Under the pieces are notes generated by a model. It searched no databases, was not told where the DNA came from, and saw nothing but the letters and a program-made list of their open reading frames with translations. DNA of 64,000 nucleotides from Felis catus (lineage: Eukaryota). Position 1 is the first letter of the stretch. Each line of letters begins with the position of its first letter. The DNA is taken from positions 1,800,001 through 1,864,000 of the forward strand of contig NC_058369.1 in assembly GCF_018350175.1 (NCBI RefSeq), read 5' to 3'. Positions 37,601-48,658 of this stretch are shown piece after piece. The position numbers and the translations under genes were made by a program.

Positions 37601-39953
37601 CCTGCGGCTCTGTCCGCCCGTGCAGGCGGAGTTCGCCATGTTCAGCGGGACGCACGTGGAGCGGGACTTCGTGGAGGCACCTTCACAGATGCTGGAGAAC
37701 TGGGTGTGGGAGAAGGAGCCGCTGCTCAGGATGTCCCAGCACTACAGGACAGGCGACACCATCCCCCAGGAGCTGCTCGACAAGCTCATCAAGTCTCGGC
37801 AGGCCAACACAGGTGCCCGCAGGGGGGGGGTGGTGGGGCTGCTCTCCTGCCCAGGCCTCTGGGGGCAGAGGGAGTCCTTCACGCCTCACCCAGTGAGGGC
37901 AGGCGTGTGCCCTCATGGGTCTTCTCCACCGCCTGGTCAGGAGCACAGAGCCAACCTCCCCATCTCCTTCCGCCTGCCAGGTCTCTTCAACTTGCGCCAG
38001 ATCGTCCTGGCTAAGGTGGACCAGGCCCTGCACACCCAGACGTCTGCAGACCCAGCTGAGGAATATGCCCGCCTCTGCCAGGAGATCCTTGGGGTCCCAG
38101 CCACACCAGGTAGCCGCTCGCGAGCTGGGCCCACCTTGGGGGTTGGGGCTCAGCCATTCCCCGAGTTGGAAGGATCTAGTGGGTTGTTTTTTTTTTTTAA
38201 TGTTTTTATTCCTTTTTGAGAGAGACAGTGTAAGCGGGGGAGGGCCAGAGAGAGAGGGAGACACAGAATCCAAAGCAGTCTCCAGGCTCTGAGCTGTCAG
38301 CACAGAGCCCAAAGCGCGGCTTGAACTCACAGACTGTGAGATCATGACCTGAGCTGAAGTCAGACGCTTAACCGACTGAGCCACCCAGGCGCCCCGGAAG
38401 GATCTAGTGACGTTTGAAGGGAGTTAGGCCAATTTACAGGTTGCAGCTGAGGCCCAGGAGGAAGCACACGGCTTCAGGCCGGCCGCGGGTGCAGGTGGGC
38501 AGCTCTGCCCTTTCTTGCTGTCCCTCCTACTGCTCAGGCCACGTGCTGCTCCATCGCCACTGGCACCTGTGCCCTCCGACATGTCGCTTTGGAACAAGCC
38601 TGGAAAGGTGCGGGAAGGACCAGGGATTTCACACCCTGGAGATAGTAGATAAAGTGTTAACGCGTATGCTCGTCGTCAGCACAAATGCTCGGGTTAATAT
38701 GATTGAAGATAATCGGCCTTTTGGTGTAGGGCGTGTGGCGTTGGTTTATTCCATAGCGGGTAGAAAGTTCCTTCAAAAAGCTTTTTTATTTTTATTTTAG
38801 AGAGAGAGGAACAGAACGCATGTGCGCAGGGGAGGTGCAGAAAGAGACAGAAAGAGCGAATCCTGAGCAGGCTGCATGCTCAGCACGGAGCCCAACGTAG
38901 GGCTCGATCCCATGACCCTGGGATCGTGACTTGAGCCGAAATCAAGAGTCGGACGCTCATCCGACTGAGCCACCCAGCGTCCCTCCTTTTGCATAAACTG
39001 TTGAGCGTCAGCAGATAGTGGGCAAAGATGTATTTCCCCGGGCCAAGTTGTCCAGCTCCTGCTTTCTAGAAGTGTCGGGCCAGTTCTCCTTCCGGGTGTG
39101 TGGGGGTCGTCTCTCACGGGGCCCGGGGGATGCCTGGGGCCGCAGTGAAAGCCGCACCGCATCTGTCCCAGGGACCAACATGCCTGCGACCTTCGGCCAC
39201 CTGGCAGGTGGCTATGACGCCCAGTACTATGGCTACCTGTGGAGCGAGGTGTACTCCATGGACATGTTCCACACGCGCTTCAAGCAGGAGGGCGTCCTGA
39301 ACGGCAAGGTGAGGGAAGGCCGGCCGCTCCCTGCGGCGGGGGGCGGGGGCACACCTGCCCGTGGAGGGAGCAGGTGACCTTTCAACTCTGCTCCCCGCTG
39401 CCCAGGACCAGGCTGGGAGAGCCGAGGCACCTGCTGGTCTTTGCCAGGTGCTCGGCCCTGAGGGGCCGCCACCCTAGACCCTCCCGGGGCCGGGTGCTCA
39501 GCCGGCTTTCCAGACCTGTGTTTAGCCACCATGGAGGCTTGACCACCCGTGTTGTGGGGCTTGGCCTGGGCCTCACTCCCTGTGCAGATGAAGGGCCCCG
39601 AGGAGTTTCTGAGGACGGGCTTCCTGCACACGTGTGCTCGCGCACAGTCACACACACGTGCTCACGAATGCACGTGCGCTCGTGCCCACGCGTTCTCTCT
39701 GGTGCTGATTCAGGCGCCCGCAGGCCCGCTTGTGGCTGGGAGAGGGGAGGGGAGGGGAGGGGATGTGCGAGGGCTGACCTGGGTCTACTCCCAGCAGGTC
39801 GGCATGGACTACAGGAGCTGCATCCTGAGACCTGGCGGCTCCCAGGACGCCAGCGTCATGCTGAAGCTCTTCCTGGGCCGAGACCCCAAGCAGGACGCCT
39901 TCCTCCTGAGCAAAGGGCTGCAGGTGGACAGCAGCGAGCCGCCGGCCTGCTGA
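17707..39953 (+). CDS. THOP1: THOP1, thimet oligopeptidase (peptidase family M3A); 13 coding exons, ~687 aa once a 1-nt deficit in exon 3 is corrected
   Basis: Exons 17707-17722, 20442-20654, 23426-23573, 24877-24984, 27489-27591, 32006-32166, 33617-33752, 34202-34568, 34919-35120, 37626-37812, 37981-38109, 39172-39308 and 39798-39953, all GT-AG. MKPPAACAGD start; HEFGH at 35082-35096; [29 protein letters not shown]. Confidence 0.96.
18820..19030 (+). mobile_element. MER20-like hAT DNA transposon (one of ~10 copies in the window)
   Basis: cagtggtcctcagctgggg...ggcaatgtctggggacatctgtggttgtcatgact...ctggcatcgagtgg...gctgttcaaca. Confidence 0.7.
20442..20654 (+). CDS. THOP1: THOP1 exon 2
   Basis: [27 protein letters not shown]...[12 protein letters not shown]; tag/gtaaat; 213 nt. 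Confidence 0.95.
22572..23025. mobile_element. Two carnivore SINEs in tail-to-tail (inverted) orientation
   Basis: Plus copy ~22572-22790 and minus copy ~22835-23025. Confidence 0.8.
23426..23573 (+). CDS. THOP1: THOP1 exon 3 (apparent -1 frameshift at 23448-23451)
   Basis: (V)QRNILDF(P) / [41 protein letters not shown]; 148 nt where 149 are needed to keep frame. Confidence 0.93.
24877..24984 (+). CDS. THOP1: THOP1 exon 4
   Basis: [36 protein letters not shown]; 108 nt. Confidence 0.95.
24999..25022 (+). repeat. G24 homopolymer 14 nt after the THOP1 exon 4 donor
   Basis: Direct reading. Confidence 0.9.
25330..26410. mobile_element. Old LTR fragments (MER21-like, then MER54/74-like)
   Basis: gagtggctcagagaactcgggaaa, cttcacgtgttcaccaactggaa and gaactggccacccttagg motifs; family names from recall. 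Confidence 0.45.
27489..27591 (+). CDS. THOP1: THOP1 exon 5
   Basis: [34 protein letters not shown]; 103 nt. Confidence 0.95.
28249..30325 (-). repeat. Nested SINE stack including a tandem A(BA)3 SINE array with a ~460-470 bp period
   Basis: Marker tcaacgtttattt recurs at 28328, 28801, 29261 and 29721; nine SINE bodies, all on the minus strand. Confidence 0.92.
32006..32166 (+). CDS. THOP1: THOP1 exon 6
   Basis: [53 protein letters not shown]; 161 nt. Confidence 0.95.
33617..33752 (+). CDS. THOP1: THOP1 exon 7
   Basis: [45 protein letters not shown]; tag/gtaagc; 136 nt. Confidence 0.95.
34202..34568 (+). CDS. THOP1: THOP1 exon 8
   Basis: [21 protein letters not shown]...[12 protein letters not shown]...GKFYLDLYP(R); 367 nt. 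Confidence 0.95.
34919..35120 (+). CDS. THOP1: THOP1 exon 9 (HEXXH zinc-binding motif)
   Basis: [15 protein letters not shown]...[24 protein letters not shown]; 202 nt. Confidence 0.97.
36375..36875. mobile_element. Tigger3/Golem-like DNA transposon fragment
   Basis: gcgagcctctggtcac...aacactgaactcacggcc...gaaaaggacact motifs. Confidence 0.55.
37626..37812 (+). CDS. THOP1: THOP1 exon 10
   Basis: [29 protein letters not shown]...KSRQANT; 187 nt. Confidence 0.95.
37981..38109 (+). CDS. THOP1: THOP1 exon 11
   Basis: [42 protein letters not shown]; 129 nt. Confidence 0.95.
38186..38395 (-). mobile_element. SINEC_Fc-like SINE
   Basis: Full length; TSD ggaaggatctagtg. Confidence 0.88.
39172..39308 (+). 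CDS. THOP1: THOP1 exon 12
   Basis: [45 protein letters not shown]; 137 nt. Confidence 0.95.
39798..39953 (+). CDS. THOP1: THOP1 exon 13, coding part with stop
   Basis: [54 protein letters not shown]. Confidence 0.95.
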   Translation, partial: VGMDYRSCILRPGGSQDASVMLKLFLGRDPKQDAFLLSKGLQVDSSEPPAC

Positions 39954-40259
39954 CACGCCAGGGCTCCGAGGGCCCCAGGCCGCGGGCTCAGCCCCGCCCC
40001 AGCTCCCGCCGCCCGGGAAACGGGGTGCTTGCTGCTCAGGGTGGGGGCGGGGGTGGGGCGAGGAGAGGCGCCGTTCGCCCTCCCTGTTCGTTCCCCGCGT
40101 CCGGTCTCCACAGGCCGCCCTCGGTGGCCGGCCCGGGCTGGCGAGGTCTTCTCAAGGTGCCTGGACAACTCTGAGCAGTCGAGCCCGCCGCTTTGTTGCA
40201 CTGACCCGGCCCTTCCCGGGAAGTTTTCTGAGTGAAAAATGGTTCTTTGAAATGCAGCC

Positions 40260-40265
40260 ATTAAA
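40260..40265 (+). terminator. Probable THOP1 polyadenylation signal (ATTAAA)
   Basis: First AT-rich poly(A)-type hexamer ~300 nt after the stop codon, in otherwise very GC-rich sequence. Confidence 0.6.
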
Positions 40266-42949
40266 AAGAAAAAAAAAGAAAAGAAAAGAGCGAGACTGTC
40301 GGCCTGGTCCCTGACTCTGTCCCTCCTGCCACAGAAGAGCAGGCTGTCACGGGTGGATGGAGCGCTTACGGCGCTCCCTAAGCCCTAGATGTGGTTGTGA
40401 TCGGCCCCCGGGCCAGGGACAGCTGCTCTGCGTGAAGTGTTCTGGATGGTGATGGGTGTGGGTCTCTGGGAGCTGGTCGAGCTGTCACAGCGCGTGCGGG
40501 GACAGGCCTGCGGAGGAGACCCGCGGCACGGGTGTGGCCATACCGCTCTCCAGGCTGCTGCCGGCTGCCCCCTTTCCTGTGCAGCCCACGTAGGACCAGG
40601 CTCAGCCCTTCCTCGGAGCCGCAAGGCCAAGACCGCCCGCCCGCCTGTGCCCATGCAGGGGGGTGGCTGGAGCATGCAGCGAGCCGCGGCCCGACCTCCG
40701 GCCCCTGAGCCAGCCTACTGGGCAGAGCTCCTGTCCCCACCCCTTGGACACACTCAGGGATTTGTGATGTGACGGTTTCTGATTAGCGGGCACAGTTGCT
40801 GGAAGCCAGGCTGTGACCTGGTCCGTGTGACCTTGAGTAAGGCATATGTGCGGCCCTCTTGGCCCAGCCCCGTCTGGCTGGTGGCAACGCAGCCAAGTCT
40901 CGGTAATGGCGGGGGGCCTTCCTGGGGCCTCTGGTAATTGTTTAGGACGCCTTAGGTCATGCTTTCTGGTGGCAGTGGGAATTCGGAAGGGGTTCTTGAG
41001 CAGGACGGGTACGTATCCCGCCTTCACTTGGTCTGGGCCATCCCGCATTTGCTTCCCTGGTCTCAGCTCCGTGGGAGCCCTGCCGCCTGCTCCTGAATGG
41101 TCCCCACCAGTCCTTTGCCCCTTGCAGAGGGAACGGTCAGAGGAGTGGGGAACCAGGCGGCTGTGTCTGTGGGGCCCCCTTGCCCGCCCATCCTCAGCAG
41201 GCCCGGGCTGGGCGGCTGTGGCCTGGACTGTGGCATCCTCCCTTATGCACACCCGGCTCGCTTCCTGCTCCCACCTCTGTGCGGGGACGAGGGCTCGAAG
41301 CTCGTGTGCCCCTGGCTGGTTGGTGAGCCCCTGGATGTAAGGGCTCTGCTAGGAGGGAGGGGGTGAGACCCATGTGAGGCTGCTGCTGCTTACTCTTAAA
41401 CCATCCGGGGCCCAAGGAGGCGCAAAGACACCAACACAGATGAGCAGGGCTTGCTTCAGGGGCCTCTGGCCAGTGGTAGTCACGTTGGGGGCTGGGGCTC
41501 TCTTTCCTGCACAGAGACCCCAGATGGCCGCTACCTGGTCCCTGTGCAAAGTCCAGGTGGGGCGCCGGCACCCCAGCGGCGTGCTGGGCAGTCGGGGGCC
41601 GGGGAGGGAGGATGCCCAGGCCTCGGGGGTCCCCGGGTGGGCAGATGAAGGGTTGGCACACGGGGCCCGCTCGGTGCTACCTGCCTCCCGCTGGCTGAGG
41701 GCCGCTGGCTTTGTGCGCCCGCACCTGCTCTCGAGGTCCGTTCGGGACGCTGGGGAGAGAGAGCCGTTGGATCCTTCTGGTTGGTGGGCTGGAGCAGCCA
41801 TCTTGACTCGCCCTCCCCTGGGGGCTGTTGCAGGTGGGGCGTCTCAGGACCGGGGTCGGGGTCCACACCTTCCTGGGCATCCCCATCCAGCAGCACCAGC
41901 CGGAGCCAGCAGCCCGGCGAGAGATGGCCCGGTGCGGCCTCGCTGGTGAGCACGGCTTGCTTGTCTGGGAACCCACAGGTGGATCCCGGGCTGGATCTTG
42001 GGCTGCACTGTTGGATGAGTGGGTCCCCAGGTGCACTTTGGGCACAGGCTGGGCCAGGTGGGAGCCCGTGTGACCTGGGAAAGCAAGCTGACCTTGGCTG
42101 CTCACACACCCCAAACTTCCCGTGAGCTTTCCTACCGGCCCCGCAGCATGTGAGACGGGGTGGGGCTCTGCTTAATCCCAGAGGGGCCCATGGGCGCCAG
42201 GTTAGGGTAAAGCACTGCCCAGCCCTCGGGCCAGAGTGCAGTTCACCGTGACAAATAGCATCACTGGGCCGGTGCTGGCACCCTCGTGACTTCTGTTGAA
42301 ACCGGGAGGAGAAATTCTGTGTCCCCCGCCCCAGACTTGAGACTGGGGTCACAGGCTGTGGGCCGCATGGAGCCGCTGGACGAGTGAGGCCGGGAGGCCC
42401 CGGGGGAGACCACAGCCTGCTCCACACGCTGCCTGGGTGCCCGCTCCAGCTTCGCGCCGAGCCAGTGAGTTCCCTTTCCTGCGTCAGCCAGTCTGAGCAG
42501 CCCTCTGTCACCCGTAACCCAGAGTTCTGCCCTTGACCCCGTCCCCGCCGACCCTGCCCTTTCCCCGCCCCAGGTATGTGGCCGCTGAGGCAGGGCTGGC
42601 CAGAACAGACCGGCCTCTCAGCCTCCGAGGGCTGTCCAGGGGCCCCCCTCTGACTGGGGGTGTTGAGGTGATCCGGGCGGGCGGGTGCCGGGTGGGTGGC
42701 TATTTTGAGGGGCGTCCATGCGCCGTGTTCCCTTCTGTGGGTGCGTCCGCGTGTTCATCTGGTTTGCTCTGGGGTTGGCCCCAGCCAGTTGGTCCACTGC
42801 CGAGGACATTTGTGTGCCGCCTTCACGTGGACGTCTGGTCGCGGGTTTACTTTGCTCTTTCTTGCCTCCTGACGAGCGAGCGGCTCTCGACACGTGTGTC
42901 TGCCATCTGAGCTCCCCGGTGAGGCGTCCGGGTCTCTTACCTGTCTCTA

Positions 42950-43600
42950 TCTACTGGCGGTTAAGTAGTTGGGACCAGAAATAGTCGCACGTTTGAAAGA
43001 TGGTTATTGATAATAGCGTCGAAAACATTACGCACCTGGGAAAAAGCCGGACAAAGACGTACGGCTGCTCTACAAAGAACCGGCGAGGGAGGGACACGTA
43101 GCGCGGTCACGGAGCGGAGAGGCTGGGAAGGCGCCGCTTCTTCCCCCGGCGGATCGACAGACGCGATGCATTCCCAGCTAAAATTCCAGCAGCCTTTTTT
43201 TTTTTTTTCGGTAGAAACTGACTTGATGATTCTAAAATTTATATAACAATGCAAAGAAGCTAGGACAGCCGAGGCAGCCTTGAGCAGAAATTTGGGGGAC
43301 AAGCAGTTAGTCGCCAAGACTTAGAAAGCTGCAGTCATGAAGCAAGGGTGGCTTGGGCAGAGGGATGGACAAATTCACTGGTGGGGCAAAAGACACAGAA
43401 GTCCGGAAACAGACCCACACACAGGAGCACCTGCATTTGCACCCAAGATGTCACTACGCGTCGCTGGGGGAAGGACTCCCCTTTTCAGCCCGTGGACCTG
43501 CAGGTAGAAAACCCCAGACCTTGATCCCCCCGCTTATGCCCCGCACAAAAACAGAACTAAACGGATCGTAAAGCTGGATGCCGAAGGGCAGCAAATATTT
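42950..43600 (+). mobile_element. Ancient L1 ORF2 3' fragment
   Basis: aaaattccagcag...gatgattctaaaatttata...tgcaaagaagctaggacagcc...gaaacagacccacacaca. Confidence 0.7.
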
Positions 43601-43810
43601 CAGATCTCTTCTCCCACCCCATGTACGGCCTTACGTGGTGCTGCACGGCGTCAACCCATCGGAGTGGTGGGTATTTGCAGAATTAATGAACCCAGCAGGC
43701 GGGCTGCAGTAGGGGCTGTGTCCACAGGGTGGCAGGGCCGTGCCCCATGCAGCCATTCAAGGCTCACACCTCAGAGAATGCTCTAGAAGGTCCCTGGGTG
43801 GAAGTCCTTC

Positions 43811-44034
43811 TTTTTTTTAAATTTTTTTTTTCAACGTTTATTTATTTTTTGGACAGAGAGAGACAGAGCATGAATGGGGGAGGGGCAGAGAGAGAGGGGG
43901 ACACAGAATCGGAAACAGGCTCCAGGCTCTGAGCCATCAGCCCAGAGCCTGACACGGGGCTCGAACTCACGGACCGCAAGATCGTGACCTGGCTGAAGTC
44001 GGACGCTTAACTGACTGCGCCACCCAGGCGCCCC
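43811..44034 (-). mobile_element. Young SINEC_Fc-like SINE
   Basis: TSD tggaagtccttct. Confidence 0.9.
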
Positions 44035-44104
44035 TGGATGGAAGTCCTTCTAAGGTGGAGGACAGGTGTCTCGATCTCCTAGACAAGTCCCCCCAAAAAA
44101 CCCA

Positions 44105-44325
44105 ATAGTATTTAAATCTAGTAGTCAAACAAACAGAACAGGCGAAGTTAATATTTTACTTAATGCAACGTATCCAAAATACCATTTCAATGTGTTATCG
44201 ATAGAAAACGCCGTCAGAGAAACATTTCTGGGGGGAACAGAACCTTCAGAATCCAGCATCTTGTTTCATAACACGGCTCATCTCAGCACGGACTGGCCAG
44301 GTTTCAAGGCTCAGTAGCCACCCAG
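44105..44325. mobile_element. MER3-like hAT DNA transposon
   Basis: tatccaaaataccatttcaatgtg...catctcagcacggactggccaggtttcaaggctcagtagccac. Confidence 0.55.
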
Positions 44326-44802
44326 GGCTGATGCCTCTTGATGGTACGGTGCGTGATCTGGCCAGAAGACACCAGATGGGACCCTGCGTGGGAAGGCTGT
44401 TACTCCCGTTGACGCCCCCTGTGCCCTGCTCCTCCTGTAACGTGTGTTTCCTGATCACGCCTGTGCCTCCAACCCGGTGTCAGAGAGGACCTTCCACACT
44501 TGGCCCGTGTTGTGGGCCTCCCACGTGTGACCTCAGCAAGCCACCGAGGTGGAAGACGGACGTGATGAGCTTGCCTCGCAGATGAGGCTGACGAGTGCTT
44601 GATACAGCTGACCCTGGGACTGGGACTTCTTCCCTATTTTCTGTGAAAACAGAACTTCCTCTTTACAAGGCCAGTTTGAACTGCATATTCTGTTAGTTGT
44701 AGCTGCAAACTAAAATCAAACAATACTGAATATTTTATCGATGACCTAAAAGAATTGGCCTGGAATGATGCATCCAGAGACGCTTAGAAGAAATCAGCGT
44801 CC

Positions 44803-45282
44803 TGGGGTGCCTGGGTGGCTCCGTTGGTTAAGCGTCTGACTCTTAATTTCAGCTCAGGTCATGATCCTAGGGTCGTGGGATCGGGCCCCATGTTGGGCTC
44901 CATGCTGAGTGTGGAGCCTGCTTGGGATTCTCTCTCTCTCTCTCTCTCTCTCTGTCTGTCTGTCTGTCTGTCTCTCTCTTTCTCTTTCCCTACCCCCTGC
45001 CTCTCTCCCCCATTTGCTTGCTCTCTCTCTCTCAAAAGTAAAAAGAAACCAGGGTCCCCCCCCCCTTTTTAAATTAATCTTTATTCTTGAGAGAGAGAGA
45101 GAGAGAGAGTGCGCATAAGGGGGGGGAGGGGCAGAGTGAGAGAGAGAGACAGAATCCGAAGCAGGCTCCAGGCTCTGAGCTGTCAGCACAGCGCCCGATG
45201 CGGGGCTCAAACCCAAAAGCTGTGAGATCATGACCTGACCCAAAGTTGAATGCTTAAACCAACTGAGCCACCCAGGCGCCCC
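44803..45282. mobile_element. Inverted pair of carnivore SINEs
   Basis: Plus copy ~44803-45045, minus copy ~45066-45282. Confidence 0.8.
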
Positions 45283-45399
45283 AAATAAACGCTCTTGATA
45301 TTGATTACAACATTTTAGAACTCTTAAGACCAGTTTTCATAAGTGGGCCCAACCAGATAGGGCCCAAGGATTGTGCTGTTGAACACCTGCGTCACTCCC

Positions 45400-47150
45400 A
45401 TCCATACAGATTCAGGATCCCTCCTTTTGAACGTCAGTTACCAGTAGATTGTGGGGCAGGTGTCCCAGGGTTATGGGTGGTAGTGTCCAGTGGAGATTAA
45501 GGAAGAAAACTCTTTTAACAGCCCCAGGAGATTCTGTTGTTTGGCCACAAAGTAGGTCATTCCGATTTCCAACATGTAAAGTCTTGCAGTAAATCTTGTT
45601 GAAAGTGGCAGAAATGCATGTGTGAACCCCTTGCAAACGATGAAAACTTATGCAAATAATGTGTCTCCGTCTTGCTGGTACTGACTGGGAAAGCCAGACC
45701 GGGGAAGAGCAGGGTCCCAGTCCCTGGGGTGGCGTTCTAGAGTCCCAGGACTAGAGAGGTTTCCTGCGCAGGGGAGGCAGGGACGTGGAATACCCAAAGG
45801 GCATTCATGCAAGCATGTGGGGCAAGACCAGGAATAGTTTCTGTCGCAATGTGTTTTAGAACCGGAGGCTGGTGACGGTCTCTGCTGTCCATCAACCCCT
45901 GTGAAGGAGAGCAGAGTCTGGAACCTTCCAGAAAAACCACCTGGCCTGGTGAAGGCAGTTAGCTCATATCAGCCGCATGGAGCCCTGAGACCTCTCCCTC
46001 AGCCGCGGCTGGGGTCTGCCTGTCTGGGTGGTCTACCCTGGAGCTTATGTTGTGACCTAATTGCTAGGGAACTTGAATGCCAAATGCAATAAATACCCAG
46101 GCCTGGTGGGGCAGCAGTGGGTGGTGGCAGAAAAGATTTGCGCAAAGACCTTGAAGCCTGGGATGGTGCTCATCCCACGTGACCAGCAGGGAGACCGGAG
46201 TTGGGTGGTCCTGAGAAACACACGGACGAATGGGCACTGGCCTCAGCTTCCCTCTTCCAGTCAAAGTGGAGCAGGATAAGGTCCCCAAATCCGGAGTGTC
46301 TAGGGTCAGACGTGGAAGGCGGCCAGTTGAGTGGCCGTAGAGCCTACATACAGCAGGGCAGAGCCACCGTGTCATTGTGAGTGAGCAGTCCCTGGAATGC
46401 TTGGGCCCGGGAGAAGAGCCTGTGCTTTGGAAAGCATTGCGGCTTGGGTGGCACCAGGGAAAACCTCCGTGGTCCCTGGAAGTCTGGGGTGGGGAGAGGA
46501 CTACGTCTTGTACCTGGCCATGAGCATGTCTGCAAAGAGAACAGACTCTTCGTGTCCTGGAGTAGGTCGAGGGAGGAATAGTCAACCTTGATCGTTATCT
46601 AGAGGATCCCCTTGGATCCTGGCTGGGCTAAGAGACGGGATTGGGCTCCCTTGAAGGCTGGAGAAGCATCACCTCTCCCCTCGTGATGTCCCGCCCTGTA
46701 CCCCATTCTCCCATCCCAGTGAAGGGCCCCTCGAGGAGCTGAAGGGGGGCACGGGGGGCAAAGACCGTGGACCTCCATTCTTGGTCCACCTCAGGGGCCG
46801 TGGCGTGATGCTTCCACTCTTCCTATAAGTGAAGCTGACTTAGGGTTGATGGGGACCAGCGACATCCACTCTTTGGTTAAAACGCCACAAATACCTCAGG
46901 AAGCATTGAGATGATAAGATTTCAGTGCTGACACTTTCAAGATGAAGACATTCGAGGGTTCAGGGACACAGGGTGTAAAAGGCAGGAGGAGTGACGGTTG
47001 CGTTAGGAGGACAAACGTCGCCTTGGCTAACGACATGCATCCATCCCAGCAAGACCACAACTGAGCCAGCGGACAAAGAGCGTTCTGAGCTTCAGTCTGC
47101 TCTGGCTTGAGGGGTTTTAAGTAGGGAATGCCCCCCACCCTGTCCTTTCT
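45400..47150 (-). mobile_element. Possible highly decayed ERV pol remnant
   Basis: Weak, correctly ordered similarity to the RT tether (~47.0 kb), integrase core VDY (~46.58 kb) and integrase C-terminus YHP*PWD...IYW*LTFKRRDPESVWMG (~45.45 kb). Confidence 0.35.
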
Positions 47151-47199
47151 GCTGCAGGTGTCTGGGACGCTGGCTTTCCAGGTCTTTGGTGAAACACCT

Positions 47200-47610
47200 C
47201 TATCCTGTTGCTTGAGTTGGCTGTTGATGCATAACCTTATCCCCCAGCTGAAATAACAGTAAATACTATCTTACGCTTTCTTTGGGTCAGGAACTTAGAA
47301 GCCACTCAGCTGGGGCTTCTGGCTTGGGGTCTCTCATGAGGTTAACATCATCCGAACACCATCCCGGGGCTGCAGGATCTGAGGGTGGGGAGCTTTGAGG
47401 GGTGGCGAGCGTCCGCACGATATGGTGGCTGCCTTTTCCCAGTTGAGTCACCCGACAGTGAGCAAGGCAGAGCCTCAGTGTCTCGCGACCTGGCCTCGGA
47501 AGTCACACTCTGTCACGTTCCCAATGCCCTGCCGGTTACCAGTCTCCAGGCGGTGCAGGTGGGAGCCACACGGGGCGTGAATAACAGGTGCGGGTCACTG
47601 GAGGCCTGTC
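47200..47610. mobile_element. MaLR MLT1-type LTR
   Basis: tgggtcaggaactt...cagctggg...ttctggcttggggtctctcatgaggtt motif. Confidence 0.6.
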
Positions 47611-47757
47611 TCCCCGACGTTCTCCATGCTCACAACACATTCTCTTTGTTCTTTCTAAAAGGAAAACATACAAAAGAAGACAGAGTAACAGTTTGCAGCG
47701 GTCATTTGGTTCCTAGGCTAGAGAGGTGATTGGAAACACGGATGGAATATGAGAACA

Positions 47758-48575
47758 GGGGCTCCTGGGTGGCTCGGTCGGTTAAGCGGGTGACTTCGGT
47801 TCAGGTCATGACCTCACGGTCTGTGGGTTTGAGCCCCACGTCAGGCTCTGTGCTGACAGCTTGGAGCCTGGAGCCTGCTTTGGATTCTGTGACTCCCCTC
47901 TCTGCCCATCCGCTGTTCACGCTCTATCTCCCTCTCTCTCTCTCGAAAATAAACATTAAAATTTTTTTTTTTTTAATTTTTAATGTTTATTTTCGAGAGA
48001 GAGAGAGGGAGACAGAGTGTGGAGAGGGACAGAGAGAGGGAGACACAGAGTTGGAAGCGGGCTCCAGGCTCCGAGCCATCAGCACAGAACCCGACGCGGG
48101 GCTCGAACCCACAGACCGCGAGATCATGACCCGAGCCGAAGTCGGACACTTAAGCCACTGAGCCACCCAGGTGCCCCTAAAAAAAAATTTTTTTTTTTTT
48201 AAAGAGAATGAGAACAGTGAGTCATGGCATACGTAATGAGGGGTGGCAGTGAGCCACCAGAATTCAAAAATAGATTCAAGGGAACAGTTTCCCTTAACAT
48301 TCAGGCAGTCACTTTTTAATTGGGTACGTACATTTCATCTTTTGCTCAACAAAACTTTTTTTCCAAAGTTTATTTTGAGAGAGAGAGAGAGAGAGAGCGC
48401 GCGAGCGTGTGTGGTAGGGGCAGAGACACGAGGACAGAGGAAGAGAGAATCTCAAGCAAGCCCTGCACTGTCAGCACGGAGCCTGATGCAGGGCTTGAAC
48501 CCATGAACTGTGAGATCACAACCTGAGCCGAAATCAAGAGTCGGCTGCTTAACAGACTGAGCCCCCCAGGGACCC
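47758..48575. mobile_element. Cluster of three carnivore SINEs
   Basis: Plus ~47758-47960; minus ~47962-48177 inserted in its tail; minus ~48357-48575. Confidence 0.8.
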
Positions 48576-48658
48576 TGCTTGATAAGACTTTGTGAAAAAG
48601 TATGATTTGTTGGTTAAGTGTTAGTCTTTTATCTGGCAGGCTTATTGTCCCCCAAACC

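Noticed and set aside
17707..39953. Calling THOP1 a pseudogene
   Set aside because: There is a single homopolymer indel, while all other exons, splice sites and catalytic motifs are intact; an assembly error is more parsimonious.
40261..40290. A-rich tract after THOP1 as evidence of a retrocopy
   Set aside because: The gene has all its introns. The tract is a genomic A-rich run next to the poly(A) signal and only matters as an internal-priming risk.
41531..42511. 326-aa minus-strand ORF downstream of THOP1, with several overlapping ORFs
   Set aside because: Low-information GC-rich composition, ORFs in many frames on both strands, and no motif or exon structure.
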